This document shows, one piece after another, positions 1-11,312 of a stretch of 64,000 nucleotides of DNA. The stretch lies in assembly GCF_009914755.1 (NCBI RefSeq), contig NC_060934.1. One strand, given 5' to 3'. Source of the stretch: the human T2T-CHM13v2.0 reference genome, Homo sapiens. Numbering within the stretch: the first letter of the stretch is position 1; each line of letters begins with the position of its first letter. Under the pieces are notes generated by a model. That model saw only the letters and a program-made list of their open reading frames with translations. It was not told the origin of the DNA and did no database searches. The position numbers and the translations under genes are program-made.

Positions 1-1261
1 CAGATAAACCACAAATAAATATAGGAGAATGGAACCATAGAGGGCCTGCCACCTTGGAACCAGCGTCTTTGCCTTGACAAAATGATGTGTGTTGTAGACC
101 TCTTGCCTGGCCCACCTGTCAGCCTACTCCGGCCTTTACAGGGAATTAGCAGGAGTCAGTTCAATAATGACATTTCTTCTTGGAGCCTACCCAGCCAGAC
201 TTGGGGAGGCCAGTGCCCCCGGCAGCAAAGAGAGGTATGGCATCTACACTAGATGTCTTCACTGGGGGAGAGGGGATTAGGGTCCAGAGAGGGACAGTGA
301 CCTGCACCTGGTCACACAGCAAGCTCCCAAGCCCCTTTCCAGGTAGCATCTGTCTCAGTTGGGGACTTGGCCTCCTGGGCCAAAGAGCACGCAGTTCTGT
401 GAGCTCAGCTCTGCAGGCCCTGATTTCAACATCAGGCCTCCCACTCCTTGCCCTGCCCTGGCGGCCACCTTTGGATTTCTCCCAGACATTCCTGTGCAGC
501 CTGTCAGCTCATGTCCAGAGCCCCTGGAGGTGGGGGACACCTGGGACCACACTGGGGAATGAAGGAAGCCGCTGGCTCCCCTCATCTGCCATGGACCAGG
601 AACAAGGGGCTGGAAGGGAGCAGGCACCCGGAGAACCTCCTCTCACACGGGGTGGTGAAAGGAAGGCAGGAAGGCTGCACCGGGTGATGAAGGACTCCTG
701 GCAAACTTTTCATGGGCTTGGGAGGTTCCTAAAACCGCGCAATTGCTGCCCAGAGCACACCGAGGTGCTCGGGCTTGCTTCTCAACCACCTCTCCTCCTT
801 TTACCTCTCCTAGCACCCTACAGCAGGCCTCAGAAGCCATAAGCCCACCAGTACAGGGTCCCTTCTGCAATTCTCCATCCTCAGCTCATATGCCTCAGGT
901 GACAGGCTGCTCCCTGCTACTCCCTGGCAGCCCTGACTGTCAGAAATTCCTTCCTTCTTTGAGCCCAAATCAGGTTCACCCACCCATCTTCAGGATGCAT
1001 GTGATTCCCACAGTAGGTGAGGGAAAGAGCCGACAAGTCCAGGTCTAGCCCTGACCTCCCTGTGAGCAGGAGGTACCGGGTAGGATGGACCCATCCCATC
1101 AGAATCCCACACTGTGCTGGGAAAAAAGAGGCAACTGATGGGCAAGAGTCCTTTAGAAGAGCGTATCTGCCTAGCACTTTGCAGTTTGCAGGGCATGCCC
1201 TGGACGCTACAGTTGGCAGGAATACAGTGCCAGGATAGACAGCTTGGGGCCGTGGAACAAG

Positions 1262-1365
1262 CCAGGAGTCTGGGGTTCTAGTCCTGGCTCTACAATTAAT
1301 ATGCCATGTGACTGGAGGCAGTCCCTGCCTCCTCTTTGAACCTCAGTTTCCTCATTTGAAGAGGG
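1262..1365 (+). mobile_element. MIR SINE fragment
   Basis: Core cctcagtttcctcatttg preceded by ccatgtgactggaggcagtc. Confidence 0.55.
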
Positions 1366-2109
1366 AAACAAGGGCCTCTTTACTCTGATGTCGATTGAGC
1401 TGGCTTGATTGCAAATGGATAAGTAGAGGCTCTGTCAAGAAAGGGGCTGGAAGGAATAGGCCACACATGGTTTCCAGGCACGATGGGTCCGATGGTGGCT
1501 GGGACACCTGGTATAGTAGCCCTGCCTGGTCCTGCAGCCTGGGCCAGAGTGTGTGAGTGGCCCCAAATCTTTTCCCAAAGTGAGCCTCACTTTCTTCCGC
1601 TGCAAAGTGGAAGCTTTGTGCTCAGCTGCCTTGTGAGCCTTTGTCTGGGAAGCATCAGGAACAGAATTTGGCTGCTCCAGCCCAGACAGGGAGGTGTGCC
1701 GCACAGCCAGGCAGGCAGACAGTCCGGCAGGAAGGCAAACTGCATTTCCAACTGCAGAGAGCTTATGTCAGTCCAACCCTGGGGCCATTCGGAAGCCCCC
1801 ATCAAAGCTGTGTCCTGGGAGAAGCAATGAAACCCCAGGACTGCTGAGGCACGGACATTCGAGCTGCCGTTGCCGTCTCTTCCCTTCAAAGGCGACTCCA
1901 GAAATCAATGGGAAGAGATTCATTAGAGACCTGGGTGGCGCGCTCCCCACCACCTCCAGCAGCCCCTTTGTTAACCAGCCTGAGCTTCCTGTCTGAACAG
2001 GCTGCCTGCCCCTGAGAAACAACCCACGTTCTAGGAAGCAGGTCAGAGACCTAGGCTCCGGGCAGGGCAGCAGGGCCACCACACACCCTTAGAGGCTGTG
2101 ATTGTTCAC

Positions 2110-2734
2110 TGTGCATTCAATCATTCTTGGTTCACTCATTCATTCAGGCAGCTGGTCCTTGTTTCATTCATACAGCTAATATTTATAAAGCATCTGCCTG
2201 GCATATTTTAGATACTGTCAATATAACACATCCAAAACAGACTAAAGTCCCAGTTGACATGGAGCTTGCCTTTTAGTGAGGGAGACAGCATTAAACAAGG
2301 TAAATAATTGAAATACACCAGCCAACAATGCTAAGGACAAAGCCACGTCAGGAGACTCACAGGCATGTCAGAGGGGGCTGAGTTGTGGTCAGTGTGGTGG
2401 CGGGGGCTCCCCAGTCAAGGGGTCCCCCGAGGGAAAGCCTGCAGGATGCGGGGATGTGGGGATGGAGCCAGGGCCACCTGGAGAAGAGCATTCCTGGCAG
2501 AACCCTGGAGGTGCATCGGGTGCATTCACAGCTAGAAGGGCATCGAGGCTGGACCAGAGTAAGCCGAGGGGGACTGGAGGGAAATGAGGTCAGAGAGATG
2601 ACGGAGACTGGAGGCTGGGTCACGCGGGGGGCTCAGCCACAAGGACTTGCATTTTACACCAACGGGGCCAGAGCAACATGAGGAAGGGTCTTAAGCAGAA
2701 GAATGTTTTGTGACTTAGGTTTTAACGGATCCTC
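2110..2734 (-). mobile_element. L2 LINE 3' fragment
   Basis: Starts with cattcattca repeats (reverse of the L2 3' tail); typical catggagcttgccttttagtgagggagacag and gaagggtcttaagcag segments. Confidence 0.7.
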
Positions 2735-3160
2735 CATTTTAGTTTGCTAAGGCTGCCATAACAAAGTGCCACACAGCGGGTGGCTTACACAATAGCGATT
2801 CACTGTCTCACAGTTCTGGAGACCTAAAAGCCCAGAGGAAGGTGTCAGTAGGGCCAAGGTCCCTCAGAAGGCTCTAGGGAAGGATCTTCTCCAAGGTTCT
2901 CTCCTCGCTTCTGGTAGTTTCTTGGCTTGTGGCAACATAACTTCAGTCTTCACGTGGCATTGTCCCTGCATGCATGTCTCTGTGTCTAAACTTCTTTTTA
3001 TAAGGACACTAGTTCTGATGGATTAGGGCCCACCCTAATGACCTCATCTTAACGTGGTCATCTGCAAAGGCCCTACTTCCTTCCAAATAAAGACACATTC
3101 ACAGGTTCTGGGGGTTAGGAGTTCAACATTTTTTGTGGGGACACAGTTCACTCCCTAACA
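2735..3160 (-). mobile_element. MaLR solo LTR (MLT1B/MLT1C-like)
   Basis: ttagtttgctaaggctgccataacaaag...tctcacagttctgga...tataaggacactag...ggattagggcccaccctaatgacctcatcttaac...gggacacagttcactccctaaca. Confidence 0.85.
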
Positions 3161-4094
3161 CCATGGCTTCTCAATTGGTCTTTCCTAGGACCTGGTGTTA
3201 GGTGGTCTCACCCTTGTTTTACAAAGGAGGAGGTCGAGGCTCTGAAAGCCTAACAGCTCGTCAGGGCCACCAGCTAGTCAGAACTTGTTTCCTGAGCCTC
3301 AGCCTCCAAATCCAGGCTCCTCCCTTCCCTCTGCAGCGCCTCAGTTAGCCAGGAGAGCATGGCCAGTTCCTTCCTGTCTCCGCCCTAGCCCTGGGGGCAG
3401 CCCCAAGCCCTACCGGCTCCCCGCTTGCCCCCTCCCCGCTCGGTAGCCTGGGGCTGAGCAGGTAGCTGAGCAGGCTCCTCTGAATGATCATTTTGTGTCT
3501 GGTTCACGTGCCCCCTCCCCTCAGAATCCTCTCTTCTCCTCTAGCCTGGCAGGATGCTTTCCTGGAACCCCAGTAACCTTGCCCTTGTAGAACTTCTCGG
3601 AGGTACTGAGTGGAGGTGTGGGGCACCGGGTGGTATTGTTTTCAAAATGAAACGATTATAGGATTTGGGTGGAAGCCAAATGCAGACTTCTGGGAATGCA
3701 GCCTGGGTCCAGGATGAGTGGCCCTGCTGGAGGATACGCCCAGGAAGGGGAGCGGGGTAGAGTGGCAGGAGGCTAAGAGGCATGGAGGTCTCACTGTGCA
3801 TCGTGTCCCTGTCCCCCACTCAGGTGGAGCCCCAGCAAACTCAAAATGTCACACAAATGCTTACAAATGCATAGATGCTAAACTCTAAAAAGAAACACAA
3901 TGAAGCAAGAACTATTTCAGTATTTGTAATGTGGTATGAGGGAAAGAATATAAAACGGAGTTGGGGGCATGAGCTCTCATCACAGCTCTAATTGACTGTG
4001 TGACCTGGAGGTCACCTTCCTTCTCTGGATCCTAGACTCCCACCTTGGGAATATGTGATGGTTATCAATGCATACTTTTGAACTGGATTGCCAA

Positions 4095-4270
4095 GTCATT
4101 TAAACCCTTGGGCAAATTGTCTAAACCTCCCTGCGCCTCTGTTTTAGTTTCTGTACAGTGGAAATAGCTCCTGTCAGAAAGGTCTGGTGGTGAGGATTGT
4201 TAATACTTGGAAAATGCCTGGAAGTGTGCCTGCCAACCAGCAAGCTCTCAGTAACCATGAGCTGCTTATT
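4095..4270 (+). mobile_element. MIR SINE
   Basis: ccttgggcaaatt...gtgaggatt...gtgcctgcc...ctctcagtaa resembles the MIR core and 3' end. Confidence 0.55.
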
Positions 4271-6002
4271 ACACCAGGAGAGCAGAGGCCAGGATCCTGC
4301 TTGGGCCCCTAGCTCTGTGACCCCGTGTGTGGACACAGGAGGGGTTCTGAGGTCTGGTGGGGATGCCTGCATTGGCCAGGAGCTCAACCGCAACTGTCCC
4401 TTTCATCTTAAAGACTAAGTGAAGACCTGAGGAGGTTGACCAGGATGAGGGGGGAAAGGGAGTGGGGACAGAGAGAACAGTGTCATAAAGACACATGAGA
4501 GTTTATGCCCTGACCCCTCAGAGGTTGGCAGAAGCCCCAGGAAGGGGTCTCTGGAGGCAGAGCCCCTGAGTTGTCTCATGCCCCAGGGCTGCTGTTTGAG
4601 CCTTCCTTGGGCAACTGAGCTGGCTGTGTGATAGCTGCTCCATGCCAGGTCCCCGGTATGTGTGCATCCATTTGTTGAATGCCCACTCTATGCTCTACAC
4701 TCCCACGTGTCCTGAGAAGGACCAGGGATGTGAAGGTGGATGGCCCAGGCAGCTCCCAGGGCCTGAGCTCATGCCTGTCACTCTCACGTGGACACGTGGC
4801 TGGGGCCTCCTTGTCCACCTCACCCTCCCTCTGAGCGCCTACGCCCGCATGGGTGACATCTCCGAGTCATAGGATCCTTGCTCAGCCCTGCTGAATCAGC
4901 AGACCCTGCCTGAAGAAGAGCTCTGTGTCTCAGAACCCAGCACCCAGCAGAGCCGTCCCTGGCTTCATTGTTCTCCCTCTAAGCGGTCAGAGGGAGCCTG
5001 GCTTTTGTATGCTTGTCTTTCCTTGCTAGTGGCCTCTCAGCCCCCAGGCCTCCCACTATGCAAAGCCTTATACAGGAGGTGACCCAGCCCAGAACCACTT
5101 TGACCCCTGGGTGACCTACATCCTAGGTGGCTTGATTCTTTTTACTGGGTAATGCTGGGACAGGATCCAGGAAGCCCATCCCTCTGTGGGTAAACAGGGG
5201 AGCCCTGGAGAAGGCCCCTGTCTGCGCCCCCAGCTTGACTGGAAGGGTCCCCACCCGCCCCCACCCCAACCCCACCCAGTTGGTCTTGCAGAGGCAGGCT
5301 CCGCATGGCAGGCTCCTCCAGCTGGGTAAAGCATCCTCCCTCCCCTTGCTCTCCCGAGCAAGCCACCACTGCCTTCCCGGCTGCAGCGCCGTGATTTATC
5401 GGCGGCTCCTCCTCGCCAGGGCCCACGGCAGGAGGAGTTCAAACACCCGCGAGAAAAGCCACCCGCTATTGATCCTCGCGTCAGGCCTCCCAAGCGCTGG
5501 CGGGCATTCATCAAGGAGCCGCAGCGCGGGGGCTGCAGCTCGCCCTTTCTTCTTCCTTTCTTCTCTCTCCCAAGTCATTCCCCTGGGGCTATGCCCCCCT
5601 TGCCGAGGTCACTCAGAGAGCTCACCAAGTGCCTGTGAGCTGAGGTGGAGAGCGCCTTTGTCTGCGGCCTCTTTGCTGTAGATCCTTATCAAGGGGGTGG
5701 AGCGGGCTGCTTTGGGCCCCAGGCTTTTGAGCAAATCTTTGGAAGTTGGAGAAGTGGAGTTGGAACTCGGAACAAGTGGAGAAGGCCCTCTGAAGCAGAG
5801 ACTGGTTGGAGTGCCCGTATTTCTGTAGACCGGAGGCGTGTAACTAGAAAGAGTTTGCTAACCAAGTGGGCCAGAGAGAGCCTTGAAATTAGCATCTGAA
5901 AACCCCAGCTTTGGCCTGAAGGCCTCCCGTGCAGTCTGGTGAATGGATGCTTGAAAACAATTTGTTTTCCTAATTACGTAAATCTAGTGAAGAGTATTTA
6001 TC

Positions 6003-6026
6003 TTTTTTTTTTTTTTTTTTTTTTTT
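6003..6026 (+). repeat. Poly(T)24 tract
   Basis: Directly visible. Confidence 0.95.
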
Positions 6027-8708
6027 GCTTACCTGGGGAAAGTCTAAAATCTCTGGTCTCAAGCCGGAGGAGCGTATATTAATTCTCTTCTCCAGCCCCA
6101 CCCTATGACTTACCAGAGTGGGTACCTGGGAGAACAGGGAGATGGGGTAGGGAGACTGGCAGGTTGTCTTTATTGAAGTTTCCTGGGCAATGCCACCAGG
6201 TCTGTCCCCCTCTGGTATAAACCTCTGCTCAATTCCAGTCCAAATTCTGGCTCAACCTACCAAAGTGGTTTTGCTGAACTCAGCTCCTGGGGCTGGCCAC
6301 ATGGTACCAACACATATAGGATATCTCAAAAATGAATTTGGAAGTCCCAAACATGCGGGTCTTTGGTGGCTCAGAAAGCACTAAGGATCAGATTAGAATA
6401 GTGAACTGCCATTGCACAGAATGGGGAAGGGTTTGTGTTCTGGTTATTTCAGATAGTGGCTCTTTGGATTCTGGATAATGGAGGTCCAAGTGTTGACATT
6501 GTTAAAAACCAGATTAACAGTAGAAACCAGATCTTAGGTACATCCATCTCAGTGTTCTCTTGGAACACGTGAGCCATATTGTCCCACCACATCTGTTTTC
6601 TGGGTGTCATTTGCTGAGCAGTGGGCTTTAGAGTAGGTCAGTCATCTGGAGGATCTGCAGTGGGGAGATGGGCGAGTCTTCACTGGACCCCTGCCTGCGG
6701 TGCTGCTTGGGAGGGCAGGGCCCCAGTGAATGTCTCAGTGAGTAAATGACTGTCCCCAAAGAAGCCATAATAACCTACAAGGAGATGAGATGGAGGTGAG
6801 GATAAGCAGAGCCTGGAATTTGTGCAAAGCTGAAGGGAAGTCCTTCCCCTGGCTGCCCTGGGGTTGGCCTGCCAGTAAGGGGATGCCAATTAATTTCTCT
6901 TGCAGGAAGCTAGTTCGTGTCCAAAAGGCTCAAGTTATGAAGTACGAATTAATCCATTTAACCAGCTTCTCGGAGGGAAAGCCCATGACAACTGCATTTT
7001 CAAATGCCATCCTGAAAGCGATATTTCAAGTGGCAGTGGGTGGGATTAGAGCCTGCTAACGATTTATGTCAAACAAGGAGCAAGAACATTATTTCTAGAT
7101 AAGTGATTTGTCCCAGCAACTTCCAGGGCCGGCAGGAAGGTTTAGGGGCCAGCCAGAGGCTGAGGCTGAGAAGAGGGGATGGAGTCAGGAGATGTCACCT
7201 CAAAGGCCAGTGAACCTGGTCAGCTCCCGGTGTTGGCCAGGGCAGCAGGGCACGGCAGTCCAATACAGAGGAGATTTTAAAGACAGTCATGGCTGCCCTT
7301 CTTTGGGGATGAATGATGGGGACTCACTTACCTTCCTAAGTGTTTGGGGCAGTTAGGTCACCACACAAGCAACTTTCACAGGCAGGTGGGTGGGGCTGGG
7401 GGAGGGAGCTATAAAATACAGTTTCTCCCGAGGGGGTAATGATGACAGGGAGTGCCCACGAAAGAGGAAGGGGCGAAGATCTCTGGAGGTGGGACAGCAG
7501 GTGGGCTTCCAGGGGTGTCTAAGGGGCAGAGAGGTGGGGGGTGAGCAAGCGCTGAAAGCCCGGAGCCCTTGCGACAGACTGGCTGGAAGGAAGAGGCCTC
7601 GGCCACCACAGGATGCAATGTCAGGAAGGCAGCAGCTCCCGGGGCGGGGCAGGGCCGCGCGCAGCCGCCCCCGGCTTCCCTCCTGCCGCCAGCTCCTGGT
7701 CACAGGAACTCCCCGAAGTCGGGGAGCGGGAGCGTACGTGCGCGTGTTCACCCTGTCCTGGGCCCCTCGCTCGGGGAATCCCGGGGGTGCCAGGGCACCC
7801 AGGGTCAGGGAAGTAAGATGCCGGGCCGCCTACCTTCTCCACCCCGTAGCCCGTTCCGAAAATCCTTTAAACCGAGATTTAATCTGGATGCCTAGCCCCG
7901 CCCTCCCCTCCCCTCCCCTCCCCTCCCCCCGGCCGAGGCCCCCTCCAGTTCAGCTCCCTCCTCCACCCCCTCCCCGCCGTGGACCCTCATTAGCATGCCC
8001 ACTTGGGAGGATTCGCTGGGGGGCGGGAGACACCCGAAGTCATCCACCGCCAGCGCCTTCCCGGCGGCCTCCTCGGGCGACAGCGCTCCGGGAGCCCCAC
8101 TCGCACAAGTGTTGCTTCCAATTAATTGCCTGGGCGGGGGAAGGAAAGGGGCCTCGTCGCCGCCCCCGCCCGGAGGCTGGAGTGCTGCTCGTCGGGTCGT
8201 GCGTTCGCTCGGCAGCGGCGTGCACCAGCACCACCCCTGCGTGCAAGTTTGAAATGTGAGCTGCCTCCGATTCATACTCGCTCGCGCTCCCTCGCAGCGA
8301 AGTGGCTGGGCTGACGGTCTGCGCGCGCGAGTGAGTGCGGGCGGCGGGCTGGGGGGCGGGGTGCGGACGGCGAGGCTCGCGGGGCGGGGAGGGCGCGCGC
8401 GAGCCGGGGCTCCCTGGAGACGCCAAGGCAGGTCTGCTCGCCTTTCATCTTCCTCCCGCGCTCCTCCTCCTCCTCCCTCCCCTCCCCCCGCCGCGGCTGG
8501 CCTGGCCTCCCCCGGAGCCCCCAGCCCCACGCGGGCACACGCAGGGTGGGTGGTCACGCCCGCAGGGTCCGCGAGCGCGGCGCAGAGCGCGGGCCGTGGG
8601 AAGTTTCTCCGGCGCGCCCCGTGCGCCCCCGCCCCCCGCGCGCCCCCGGCCCATCCCCGTCCCTGGAGAGCTGTCGCTTGCGCCCGGGCGCGCGGCTGGC
8701 TGCCTCCT

Positions 8709-8727
8709 CGGCGGCGGCGGCGGCGGC
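8709..8727 (+). repeat. (CGG)6 trinucleotide repeat; a further (CCG)n run at ~8926-8940
   Basis: Directly visible. Confidence 0.9.
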
Positions 8728-8789
8728 CCCATTAGCGGAGCCTCCGCCTATGATTGGCTTCGCCCGGGAAGCTGGAGACGGGCGATGAA

Positions 8790-9099
8790 TAATTGATGTG
8801 TGCGGTGCGGTAGCCGGACGGCGGCGGCGGTGGCGGGCAGCAGCGAGCGGGAGCGCGGGAGCCGGAGCGCCCTCGGAGCGGGCAGCGCGGAGCGAGCGGG
8901 CGCCGGACCCGCCCGGGCCCCCGCGCCGCCGCCGCCGCCGGGGCGCGGAGCGGGGATGCAGGCGGCGCCCGCTGCCTGCGCGCAGCCTTTGTTCGGCGCT
9001 GGCTGAATCCTACCCGGAGTCGCTCGCCGCGGCCGCCGCCGGCCGGGCCCCAAGCCCCCGAGGGCGCCAGGGCGGGATCGCGACCGGTGCAACTTCTAG
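8790..9099 (+). other. ZMIZ1: Putative non-coding alternative first exon (5' end approximate)
   Basis: Ends in the perfect donor TAG|GTAAGT; lies downstream of a CCAAT box in the island core; no upstream acceptor; only short uORFs. Confidence 0.6.
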
Positions 9100-11110
9100 G
9101 TAAGTGCGGGGTCGGAGGGGTCGGCGCCTGGGCGCCCACGGGCCGGGCCCTGGGCTCCCTCCGGGCGCGGGGGTGAGTGTGCGTGCCTGTGTGTGACAGA
9201 GGAGGGCCGGTGCATTGTGGGTAGCGCCGTGTGCTGCATGGTGTCAGCCCCAGGCTTGGCCGCGAGAGTGGCACCGGCGTGCACCGGGCCGGTTTTGTGT
9301 GCCCACAGACGGGGCCTTCATTTCTCTTTGGGGCCACGGGGCAGAGTGCGCCCCCACCCAGGTCCCTGAAGGTGAAGTGTTGGCTCTCCAGCAGACATTT
9401 TACGAGGCTCTGTGCTCAGTCGGCTCACGCTGCAAAAATAAGAATCGGCCAGGATGCCTTCGGAGGCAGCGCCTGAGGGTCCTCGACTTCAAGCTGCTCC
9501 TTTGTCAGAATGCAGCCCTGATGCCTCCAGCGCGTAGAGACCCCACGGGCACTGGTGATGCCACCATTGCGGCAGGGTGCCCTTCGCAAAGGTGGTGGGT
9601 GCCGAATAGACTTCTGACAAGTGTTTGCTGGCAAGCTGGCTAGAGGAGAGAGGTGGATTTGCACCAGAGGGCAGGAAGCAGCCTTTCAGGAGATGCCTGG
9701 TTGTGAGGACCTTGTACAAGACCTTGGAGAAAGAGCCCCTTGATAGGGACTAAGAGGAGGCTGCCTGGGGTCCTGAGCATGTGGTTTTGGTATTGGTGTC
9801 TTCGAAGCCAAGCCATGGTGCGGTGGGCACCAGATAGGTACCAGTTCCTGGGTCGAGAAGCCCTCTGGGGGGAAACTAGGAGAGGTCAGCTGGCACTTCT
9901 TTAGACGGGTTTCAGGAGACTGTCATTCCTGCAGTGGGGACCCAGTCCCTTCGCCCTTGACCATCAGGCGAGACTGCCAGATGAGTGTTGAGCAGGGCTG
10001 ATGGCTCTTCCAGCAGGAAGGCTTTGTGTGGCAGGTGGCATGGAGTTGGTGCCAGTGTGCTTCTCATTGGCCCATCTTTGAGAGTGGCCACAGAAATTGG
10101 GCTGAGGAGAGAAATCAGGCTGAGAGTCAGAAATCTGGCTGAGGAGTGAGTTGGGGTGAAAAGGCCGTGCCATCCTGAAGTCAGGGTGACCCCAGATGTT
10201 ACGTGGGGGCTCCGGCTCCCCCAGTTATGGGGCTCTGGGCCTGAAGCTTATCTCCCATCTGCTATGGAGGAAAGGCCCTGTCCCAGGGGTTGCGTGGAAG
10301 GGTGACTCTTGGAGTCCACGTGGCTCCTAACAAGCCTTTCCCCTTTTTTTGTGTATAAGCCAGGCAGTGACTACCCTCCAACTAGCTGGATTCAAGTCCC
10401 CTTCTGAGCTATTTTTATCCTGAACTTCCTTAGTGAGAAACCACCAAACGGCGATGCTTTGGTGAGAATCTAGGTCTTTACCGGAAGCGCAGCCTGCACA
10501 GAGTTTACACCTCGCTACATAAGGCTGCCTCCACTGCCCTGCACAGCCCTCCCCTGGCTCAGAGCCCCTGTGCCTCTCTCATGCCTCTTGATTCTCATCA
10601 CAGCCTGTGCGCTCAGGGACTTTTGAGCCCCAGTTTCAGATGGGAAAACTGATGTGCCCGAGATCATCCAGTTGGGGATGTAGGAGGCCAGGCCTGGCTC
10701 CAACAGGAGCAAGACCTTGATGCCAGTGGGCTCCCTGAAGGCAGGGACCACGTGTTTCTCATCACCGTATGCCCCAGTGCCAACTGTGGTGCCTGGCGGA
10801 TGGTGGGTGCCCAGTGGCTGCTGAATGATGATGGCACGAGTGGAAGGCTGGTTGGGTGTGTTTTCCCCATTGGAGTTGGGACGGGGTCGGGGGGCAGAGG
10901 GATTGAAAGAGCACTTCCAGATCTCAGTCTGCATTGGTTGAGCACCCAGTCCATGCAGTCCCTGGGAACTCTGAGATGAGTCCCTAGTCTGGAGTCAGGC
11001 AGCTAGAGGGAGAAAGGTGCTTCCACAGAGGTTCTGCGGAAGTCCTGCCCGGGGCTTCCTGAATGTTGCCCCAGGGAGTAAGGAGTGACTGAGCTGGGTC
11101 TAAGATGACG

Positions 11111-11312
11111 CCATTCAGTACAGTAGCCACTGGCCACATGTGGCTGTTTGTGAATTTCAATTAATTAAAGGGATGAGTTAAGCTTATCCTTGGCACTAAC
11201 CACATTCAAGCACTCAGTAGCCACCGAAGGCTGGTAGCCGCCTTGTTGGGCAGCTCAGACTCTAGAACATGTCCACCACAACAGGAAGCTCCATGGACGA
11301 CAGACAGCGCTG
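11111..11312 (-). mobile_element. MER3-like hAT-Charlie DNA transposon (MITE)
   Basis: gtagccactggccacatgtggct...AT-rich core...agaacatgtcc...acagcgctg. Confidence 0.7.

Larger units (their letters stand above)
7600..9350. promoter_or_regulatory. Intragenic CpG island, probable internal (alternative) ZMIZ1 promoter
   Basis: Very high GC and CpG density over ~1.7 kb; many GC boxes; inverted CCAAT (ATTGG 8753-8757); consensus donors at 8330/8331, 9099/9100 and 9172/9173. Confidence 0.88.

Noticed and set aside
6320-6490. Possible Tigger/MER DNA-transposon remnant
   Set aside because: Too degenerate to assign a family or boundaries by eye
7410-7500. TATAAAA followed by ATG and a CAG|GTGGGC donor
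   Set aside because: A single short motif; the ORF ends in phase 2, incompatible with the next coding exon; insufficient support
7390-9337. Long overlapping ORFs (289, 221 and 201 aa etc.) on both strands
   Set aside because: Stop-poor CpG-island sequence with Arg/Pro/Gly/Ala low complexity, mostly non-ATG starts and no recognisable domain
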